DNA of 6,357 nucleotides from a virus. Positions 1-5,090 of the stretch are shown piece after piece (positions within the stretch are counted from its first letter, which is position 1; every line of letters starts with the position of its first letter). The position numbers were made by a program, and so were the translations under genes. Location: UHGV virus genome UHGV-1371426, one strand, 5' to 3'. The notes under the pieces are model-generated. The model was not told the origin of the DNA. It saw only the letters and a list, made by a program, of their open reading frames with translations, and searched no databases.

Positions 1-122
1 TCCAAAATCGTTTGCGGAAACTTGATAATATATAAGCAACTGACACACCTTGTGTATCAACCGTTTACGGTCATTGCGATTTGATGTAAAGTGCTCCTTC
101 TGTGAGCTGGAATATATAAATT
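1..122 (+). promoter_or_regulatory. Non-coding leader upstream of the replication initiator gene. It probably carries the Rep promoter, and if the genome is circular it is contiguous with the terminator at the window end.
   Basis: No ORF is present. The region is AT-rich, with TTTG (11-14) followed about 20 nt later by TA-rich tataat-like stretches (taatatataag 27-37; aatatataaatt 111-122) directly before the ATG at 123. This loosely resembles Bacteroidetes -33/-7 type promoters, but I could not pin down an exact match. Confidence 0.25.
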
Positions 123-1511
123 ATGAATGAAAAAATATTTTGTCTTGATCCTGTAATTATACAGGCACATACATTGGCTTACAATTTGTCTATATATAAG
201 CGTTATCATACTCCTAATGGTATGGTGTTTATTAACGAAGATGTTGCCGCAACGTATCGTTATTATTTCCCTAAATACAAGTATTCCTGTCGTCGTTTAG
301 GTGTAACCATTGATAATATAGATGAGTTTTATATACCCACATTTGATGGTGAAATTATATCTATGTTTATGGTCGTTCCCTGTGGTAAGTGTAATCTCTG
401 CCGTGACAAGAAGAAGCGTGAATGGTCATTTCGTGCTATTTGTGAGAATGTGTATTCTACCTCTCAACCTCTGTTTATTACATGTACATATAATCCTAGG
501 CATTTGCCCGAACATGGTGTATTTAAGGAAGAATTTCAATTATTTATGAAACGTCTCCGTATAAACTTAACTCGCAAAGGTATTGATTCCTCAAACATTC
601 GTTATTTTGCTGTTGGCGAGTATGGTCATAAATCCGGTCGCCCTCATTACCATGCTATATTATGGTCATTTCCTTCTGAACATTTCCCAAACATTACCGC
701 CGTATTACATTTCATTGAACGTTGTTGGCGTGTACCTACCGGAGAATATTTTTCTGACGGTATGCCTGTTACTGATTCCCTTGGTTTCTGTCTTGTAAAA
801 CCCTGTGATAAAGGTGTTATTTCCTATGTTATGAAATATATGAGAAAAGAGCCTGCTGTTCCTAAAGGTTGTAACCCTGTATTCTTTCTGTCTTCTCGCA
901 AAAATGGAGGTCTCGGTGCTCGTTATGCTCGTGATCATAAAGATTTCTATATGAAACACCCTGAATGTCTAGATATGTCTGTTACAGATCCGTTTTCCGG
1001 TAAAACTGAAACTGCATTCCTCCCTTCGTATTTTAAACGACTATATTATCCTAGTAACTCCTCTGTATTGGATAAACCTACCCGTGATGCATTTAAGAAG
1101 TTTACACTACTTATTTCCGAACGTATCCAAAATGAATATCAATTAAACAAATTACTCGGAGATCCCCTTCGACCAAAGGTTTCAAATCTTGAAAAAGAAA
1201 TCTATAAGAAGTTTTGGTTTTTGAAAGTACAAACCTATTGCAAACCCGAAATACTTAATCCTGATTCCCGCTATTATAATCGCATTTATAAGCGTAATCT
1301 TGCTATTGAGTTGGAATTAGACTATTACATTCGTTTCTTATCATTAGTAACCTATGACGAGACGTATATTTCTGTCCGTTCTGAACTGCTTGAAAAAAGA
1401 GACTTTTCTCTTAAACGTAGATTTGCTTCAAAAGAACAGGTGGATTTAAATGATGTTAATTACAACATAATTCAAAGCATAAAACTTTCATATGAAAAAG
1501 AAATATTGTAA
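123..1511 (+). CDS. Rolling-circle replication initiation protein (Microviridae VP4 / phiX174 gpA-like HUH endonuclease).
   Basis: 462-aa ORF. The three HUH superfamily motifs are in canonical order: motif I LFITCTYNP (aa 117-125), motif II GRPHYHAILW (HYH at aa 175-177, nt 645-653), motif III VISYVMKYMRK with two tyrosines spaced YxxKY (aa 235-239, nt 825-839), as in phiX174 gpA. There is a CxxCxxC cluster (CGKCNLC, aa 86-92) upstream of motif I. An in-frame stop TAA at 117-119 lies just before the first ATG. Confidence 0.9.
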   Translation: MNEKIFCLDPVIIQAHTLAYNLSIYKRYHTPNGMVFINEDVAATYRYYFPKYKYSCRRLGVTIDNIDEFYIPTFDGEIISMFMVVPCGKCNLCRDKKKREWSFRAICENVYSTSQPLFITCTYNPRHLPEHGVFKEEFQLFMKRLRINLTRKGIDSSNIRYFAVGEYGHKSGRPHYHAILWSFPSEHFPNITAVLHFIERCWRVPTGEYFSDGMPVTDSLGFCLVKPCDKGVISYVMKYMRKEPAVPKGCNPVFFLSSRKNGGLGARYARDHKDFYMKHPECLDMSVTDPFSGKTETAFLPSYFKRLYYPSNSSVLDKPTRDAFKKFTLLISERIQNEYQLNKLLGDPLRPKVSNLEKEIYKKFWFLKVQTYCKPEILNPDSRYYNRIYKRNLAIELELDYYIRFLSLVTYDETYISVRSELLEKRDFSLKRRFASKEQVDLNDVNYNIIQSIKLSYEKEIL

Positions 1512-1543
1512 ATTTGTAGTATAATCAAAAAAGAGATATAACT

Positions 1544-1729
1544 ATGAAGCTAAAATTAACATTTAAATCGGCAGACAAGAGTACTAAAAGGAAAGTAATT
1601 AAAGTAGACGCTTACACTTTGATGTCTTTGTTAAACGATGAAGCCGTTATTGAGATTGCCAAACAAGTATATGATGGCACTTATGAGAAATCTGGATTTT
1701 ATCTTTCTTCCATCTCTGATAATGATTAA
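1544..1729 (+). CDS. Hypothetical small protein (61 aa), with a basic N-terminus and an acidic C-terminus.
   Basis: ORF in the Rep-capsid interval on the coding strand, with an ATG 32 nt after the Rep stop preceded by the A-rich aaaaagagatataact. Its composition is balanced and not low-complexity. No family could be recognised by eye. Confidence 0.4.
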   Translation: MKLKLTFKSADKSTKRKVIKVDAYTLMSLLNDEAVIEIAKQVYDGTYEKSGFYLSSISDND

Positions 1730-1837
1730 TATGAAAAAAGAATCTAGAGATTATTGCAAAGCTTCAAATTTTGAACTTGTAGGCGTTGTTGAAAAGCAAG
1801 CTTTAATGATAATTTTCAAATTTTTAATAGTTAAATT

Positions 1838-2065
1838 ATGGAAAAACCAACCAAACTTTATGGATCTTTGGAAATTGTTTCACGTGAAACACTCCAACCG
1901 CTACTCACTATTAATATTGGTGAGCTTCGAAGACCATCTCAGCTTGAAAGTATGCGTGCTTCTATTTCGGATAATAATCCGCATTTTATTGTTCTTGCTT
2001 CGTTTGAAGAGGTTGTTAACCCCGCTTATTCCCCCTTAAAGGATGAAAAAGGAACAGATTTATGA
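1838..2065 (+). CDS. Hypothetical small protein (75 aa).
   Basis: ORF on the coding strand with protein-like composition (MEKPTKLYGSLEIVSRETLQ...). It overlaps the next ORF by 23 nt in a different frame, the tight overlapping packing typical of microviruses. No recognisable motif. Confidence 0.4.
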   Translation: MEKPTKLYGSLEIVSRETLQPLLTINIGELRRPSQLESMRASISDNNPHFIVLASFEEVVNPAYSPLKDEKGTDL

Positions 2066-2237
2066 GATTGTAAAAATTGTAGCTACGGCGATTATTTCTG
2101 TAGCTGCTGTACTTTTCTTGGATAGCTGTACCGCTAGTATGTCTATCTTTAAGAATAATTCAGGTAGTTCTCAGAATACCGAACAGAGTTCAACATTACG
2201 TGCTGATAGCACTAGTATAAACATTAAATATAAATAA
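2043..2237 (+). CDS. Small secreted or membrane protein (64 aa) with an N-terminal signal-peptide/TM segment ending in Cys. Candidate lipoprotein or single-pass membrane protein.
   Basis: MKKEQIYEIVK (charged n-region), then IVATAIISVAAVLFL (hydrophobic core of 15-18 residues), then DSC (lipobox-like L-x-x-C with Cys at about 29). The tail is polar and Ser/Asn/Thr/Gln-rich (about 35 aa). The stop at 2235-2237 lies 1 nt before the capsid ATG at 2239, which suggests translational coupling to the capsid gene. Confidence 0.5.
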   Translation: MKKEQIYEIVKIVATAIISVAAVLFLDSCTASMSIFKNNSGSSQNTEQSSTLRADSTSINIKYK

Positions 2238-2238
2238 T

Positions 2239-3972
2239 ATGGCAAACATTTGGAATGCTACCCTAGAACCTAACAATAATGTAGAACAAAATACATTTGA
2301 TTGGACGCATGTTAACAACATTACCACTCAAATAGGTCGTATTACTCCTATTCAGTGTGAATTAGTCCCTGCAAAAACATCTTTTCGTGTAAAACCTATT
2401 CCGGCATTGCAGCTTATGCCTATGGTGTTCCCTGTGCAAACACGCATGCGTGCTAGTATCGCTTATTTCCGGTATCCTCTTCGTGCTCTTTGGAAGGATT
2501 ACAAGGATTTTATAGGAAACTTCCGTGAAGGACTTGAAGAGCCTTACCATGATTTTAACAGCCAGAACCTTTTAGAAAAGATGCTAGGCACAGGTAAGCT
2601 TATGGATTATCTTGGTGTACCGACTACTCTTATAGGCAAGTACGGTAACCCCCAGTCGGGTTCTCTTCCCGTCTTTCATAACGCGCAGCCTTCTTCTGTC
2701 TTTTCTGGCTTGAATGTCACTCCTTCCGTTGCCTATAATGAGATTTTAAACAATGTCAGTGATGTCACTTCTTTATACGGTACTGCTCCTGTCGGTTCTA
2801 ACTCTTGGGTTTATTCGTTTTATGAATTTGCTGAATTCGTCGAGTCAATTGATGTGGTTACTGCAAAGTTTACCCTTACATATAACGGAGACGCCCCTCT
2901 TAATAGTTTAGCTTCCTCTCCTATTTTTACTTTTGTTGCTAGTACTGGCGTTGCTGCTGTTTTTTACGCCTCTCAACGAAATAATGTTTCTTATTTTGTT
3001 TCAGGTAAACAGATTGAATATACTTTAACGCTTCGGAAAGAGGATCTACTCAGTACCTATGATCTTGCTAATATTACCGGATTAGGAATACTACTCCCTA
3101 ACTTTTTAAATAATGGAGGTTTCTTTAATTCTGCTAATTCTCCCTTGTTTTCTCTTACGCCGATCACTATTAACAATGTTTCTGGTTCTGGTAATGTTTC
3201 TGGTCTATCATTAACTACTTCCCCTTATTATAACTCAAATTCGTCTAATAAAAATAAACAGATTAAACTTTCCGCTTATGCAGCTCGTGCATATGAAGGT
3301 ATTTATAATTCCGTTTATCGTGACAATCGTAACAACCCATATTATATTGATGGCGTTGTACAATATAATCAATGGATCCCGTCTTACGATGGTGGAGCTG
3401 ACACATATCCTTATGAATTACGTTATGCTAATTGGGAAAAAGATTTTCTTACAACTTCCGTCCAATCACCACAGCAAGGCAATGCGCCTCTTGTAGGTAT
3501 TACTACTTACGATCAGATTTCTAGAGTTTACGACGAACAAGGCAATCCGACATTAACGCAAAATACAAAAGTAGCTATGGTTGACGAAGATGGAAAACGT
3601 TATTCTCTTGAGTTTGAATCTGATAACGACGAGTTGAAAGGTGTCAAATATGTAGAGCTCGATAATGGTACAACTGTCCGTTCTGCGCGTTCGCTTTTTG
3701 ATTTGGTGACTAGCGGTATCTCCATCACTGATTTACGTAATGTAAACGCATACCAGAAGTTCTTGGAGCTTAATATGCGCAAAGGTTATTCATACAAAGA
3801 GATTATTGAAGGTCGTTTTGACGTCAAAGTACGTTATGCTGATTTATTGTTACCTGAGTTCTTTGGCGGCTTCTCTCGTGATATCAATATGAATGCTATT
3901 TCACAAACTGTAGACCAAACTGCTGAAGGTGAAGGCTCTTACAAGGATGTTCTTGCTCTCAAGCCGGTGTAG
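2239..3972 (+). CDS. Major capsid protein (Microviridae VP1 / phiX174 F-like), N-terminal about 577 aa. The gene appears to continue in another frame (see 4035..4487).
   Basis: The N-terminal region TTQIGRITPIQCELVPAKTSF matches the conserved microvirus capsid N-terminal motif (G-x-L-x-P-I...E-V-L-P-G-D-T-F in gokushovirus VP1). It is the largest ORF and sits in the expected position. An internal Ser/Asn-rich low-complexity segment (aa about 296-340) is consistent with the hypervariable surface insertion loop. The ORF ends at TAG 3970-3972, but the conserved C-terminal capsid sequence is only found downstream in frame 3. Confidence 0.88.
   Translation: MANIWNATLEPNNNVEQNTFDWTHVNNITTQIGRITPIQCELVPAKTSFRVKPIPALQLMPMVFPVQTRMRASIAYFRYPLRALWKDYKDFIGNFREGLEEPYHDFNSQNLLEKMLGTGKLMDYLGVPTTLIGKYGNPQSGSLPVFHNAQPSSVFSGLNVTPSVAYNEILNNVSDVTSLYGTAPVGSNSWVYSFYEFAEFVESIDVVTAKFTLTYNGDAPLNSLASSPIFTFVASTGVAAVFYASQRNNVSYFVSGKQIEYTLTLRKEDLLSTYDLANITGLGILLPNFLNNGGFFNSANSPLFSLTPITINNVSGSGNVSGLSLTTSPYYNSNSSNKNKQIKLSAYAARAYEGIYNSVYRDNRNNPYYIDGVVQYNQWIPSYDGGADTYPYELRYANWEKDFLTTSVQSPQQGNAPLVGITTYDQISRVYDEQGNPTLTQNTKVAMVDEDGKRYSLEFESDNDELKGVKYVELDNGTTVRSARSLFDLVTSGISITDLRNVNAYQKFLELNMRKGYSYKEIIEGRFDVKVRYADLLLPEFFGGFSRDINMNAISQTVDQTAEGEGSYKDVLALKPV
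3933..3972 (+). other. Frame-overlap junction inside the capsid gene. Frame 1 (N-terminal part) and frame 3 (C-terminal part) are both open here, so a net -1 shift in this 40-nt window would fuse them.
   Basis: Frame 3 has stops at 3924-3926 (TGA) and 3930-3932 (TGA) and is then open from 3933 through 4487, while frame 1 stops at TAG 3970-3972. No canonical X_XXY_YYZ slippery heptamer is visible in the overlap. If TAG were read through, frame 1 would still hit TAA at 4048-4050. Confidence 0.6.
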
Positions 3973-4034
3973 GTTATTTTCGTGGAGGTTCTGATGCTAA
4001 CATTGAATGCTTCTGTGATGAAGAAAGTATTATT

Positions 4035-4487
4035 ATGGGTCTATTGGTAATTACCCCGTTGCCTGTTTATACCCAATTACTACCGAAACATTTCTTATAT
4101 CGTGGACTCTTAGATCATTTTAATCCTGAGTTTAATAATATATCGTTTCAGCCGATTACTTATAAGGAAGTATGTCCAATTCAGGCGTATAATGATAACC
4201 CTGATTCATTGACGGAAACCTTTGGTTATCAAAGACCGTGGTATGAATACTGTCAACGTTATGACCAAGCGCATGGCTTATTCCGTACTAATTTGTCTAA
4301 CTTCTTGATGCATCGAGTGTTTGACCAAAAGCCGGAACTTGCCCAAAGCTTCTTAATGATAGACCCCGACCAAGTTACAGATGTGTTTAGTGTTACAGAT
4401 GTTACCGACAAAGTTTACGGACAAATTTTGATAGAGTGTACGGCTAAACTCCCTGTCGCTCGTGTTGCAATACCGCGTCTTGACTAG
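4035..4487 (+). CDS. C-terminal portion of the major capsid protein (VP1/F-like), encoded in the -1 frame relative to 2239..3972. The open frame begins at 3933, and the ATG at 4035 is probably not a genuine start.
   Basis: The translation contains a stretch resembling the conserved C-terminal region of Microviridae capsid proteins (FGYQRPWYEYCQRYDQAHGLFR...FLMHRVF...). There is no RBS-like spacing or independent start context. The frame is open well upstream of the ATG and overlaps the end of the 577-aa ORF. The combined length of about 750 aa suits a large-capsid microvirus. Confidence 0.72.
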   Translation: MGLLVITPLPVYTQLLPKHFLYRGLLDHFNPEFNNISFQPITYKEVCPIQAYNDNPDSLTETFGYQRPWYEYCQRYDQAHGLFRTNLSNFLMHRVFDQKPELAQSFLMIDPDQVTDVFSVTDVTDKVYGQILIECTAKLPVARVAIPRLD

Positions 4488-4585
4488 TCGGTGAAAAAGA
4501 GAATGTTTTTTCTTTTTTTCTTCCGACACTGCCTCATTAAGCAGAACGAGCGACATAGCCAAGGGTTCTTGTAGTAAAAATTGTT

Positions 4586-4619
4586 AAATGCGTGCGCGCG
4601 CTTGCGTGTGCGCGTATTT
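4586..4619. repeat. GC-rich alternating purine-pyrimidine quasi-palindrome (aaatgcgtgcgcgcgc ttgcgtgtgcgcgtattt) in the main intergenic region. Candidate hairpin, origin or primosome-assembly element, with Z-DNA-prone sequence.
   Basis: Seen directly in the sequence. A 14-nt perfectly alternating Pu/Py tract (4588-4601) and a 15-nt one (4603-4617) flank a tt break. The arms are imperfectly complementary (about 12 of 16 positions), with AAAT/ATTT ends. The GC content is strikingly high against the surrounding AT-rich non-coding DNA. Confidence 0.5.
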
Positions 4620-4710
4620 AATCATTTTTAGTGCAAGGTTCATTGGACATGTCGAGCGTTCTATCTTATCTTTGCAGTTTCGTAAGATTAAAAGTAAAAG
4701 GATTCTCTCC

Positions 4711-4724
4711 CCGGCGTATGCCGG
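4711..4724 (+). promoter_or_regulatory. Small GC stem-loop ccggc-gtat-gccgg (5-bp stem, 4-nt loop).
   Basis: Perfect inverted repeat seen in sequence. It is not followed by a T-run, so it is unlikely to be an intrinsic terminator. It lies 52 nt upstream of the ORF at 4776. Confidence 0.35.
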
Positions 4725-4732
4725 ACAAAATA

Positions 4733-4745
4733 GCAACTTTGTTGC
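4733..4745 (+). promoter_or_regulatory. Small stem-loop gcaac-ttt-gttgc (5-bp stem, 3-nt loop).
   Basis: Perfect inverted repeat seen in sequence, 9 nt after the previous hairpin and 31 nt upstream of the ATG at 4776. Confidence 0.3.
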
Positions 4746-4775
4746 GTGAAAATAAACAATTAAAAATGAAAAATT

Positions 4776-5087
4776 ATGGCAAAAAGAATTTTTAAAGCAC
4801 AACTTAACCCTTGTCAGTGCGTACACAATCCTGAGACCGACCATATTTGTACAAAACCTGGTTTAGCGCTTACACCAAGTGATATTAAGGCTCTAACCGA
4901 CAAAGGTATAGCCGTTTCTTTGCCGAATGCGCAAAATTTCCTTTCACCACAAGAAGGTGCTAGTTGGAATGTCGAACCGCAATTCAGGCGAGATGCAACG
5001 ATGTGTTCTGTATGGGAAACCGAAAAGCTTTCACAAAAACGCGTAATGAATGCACAAAAGTCTGACATTCAATTATATGGAGAGTAG
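4776..5087 (+). CDS. Hypothetical 103-aa protein with a Cys/His cluster (possible small zinc-binding protein), located between the capsid and pilot genes.
   Basis: ORF on the coding strand whose stop TAG (5085-5087) lies 3 nt before the VP2 ATG (5091), which suggests co-translation. The N-terminal region carries C13, C15, H17, H23 and C25 (NPCQCVHNPETDHIC). Composition is protein-like. No family recognised. Confidence 0.45.
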   Translation: MAKRIFKAQLNPCQCVHNPETDHICTKPGLALTPSDIKALTDKGIAVSLPNAQNFLSPQEGASWNVEPQFRRDATMCSVWETEKLSQKRVMNAQKSDIQLYGE

Positions 5088-5090
5088 CTT

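Noticed and set aside
322-798. Plus-strand alternative-frame ORFs 322..549 and 583..798 within Rep
   Set aside because: They are out of frame within the motif-bearing Rep ORF. Both are hydrophobic low-complexity translations (L/V/I/C-rich) typical of spurious frames; no start context.
705-959. Minus-strand 84-aa ORF inside the Rep gene
   Set aside because: It is antisense to a strongly supported Rep CDS. Microviridae encode all genes on the virion-sense strand. Its composition (F/I/T-rich) looks like antisense of AT-rich coding sequence.
1638-2039. 133-aa ORF overlapping the 1544..1729 and 1838..2065 ORFs
   Set aside because: The translation is extremely L/I/F/K-rich with runs such as LLFLLRLKRLL, and it conflicts with two better-looking ORFs. 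It is probably an out-of-frame artefact, though I cannot fully exclude that it is the real gene instead of one of them.
2362-2550. Minus-strand 62-aa ORF inside the capsid gene
   Set aside because: Antisense to the capsid CDS. Cys/His/Arg-rich junk composition.
3278-3496. Plus-strand 72-aa alternate-frame ORF inside the capsid gene
   Set aside because: Out of frame within a well-supported capsid region. Hydrophobic I/V/M-rich artefact.
3600-3782. Minus-strand 60-aa ORF inside the capsid gene
   Set aside because: Antisense to the capsid CDS; no support.
3970-4050. Possibility that TAG at 3970 is a recoded sense codon (alternative genetic code), giving a continuous capsid gene
   Set aside because: Reading through TAG in frame 1 hits TAA at 4048-4050 after 25 codons and never enters the frame carrying the conserved C-terminal capsid motifs. 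TAA and TAG both terminate other well-defined ORFs here, so a frame shift rather than stop recoding is required.
4491-4530. A/T-run inverted-repeat-like stretch gaaaaagagaatgttttttctttttttc directly after the capsid stop as a terminator
   Set aside because: The arms are only approximately complementary and entirely A/T; the stem would be very weak. A genuine GC-stem terminator is seen only after VP2.
4353-4562. Minus-strand 69-aa ORF overlapping the capsid C-terminal region
   Set aside because: Antisense to conserved capsid coding sequence.
4584-4844. Minus-strand 86-aa ORF spanning the large intergenic region
   Set aside because: It is on the opposite strand to every credible gene, covers the GC quasi-palindrome and hairpins, and overlaps the start of the 4776 ORF. 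The region is more parsimoniously regulatory or structural non-coding DNA.
4814-5068. Minus-strand 84-aa ORF antisense to the 103-aa ORF
   Set aside because: Antisense, with no start context. The plus-strand ORF is coupled to VP2.
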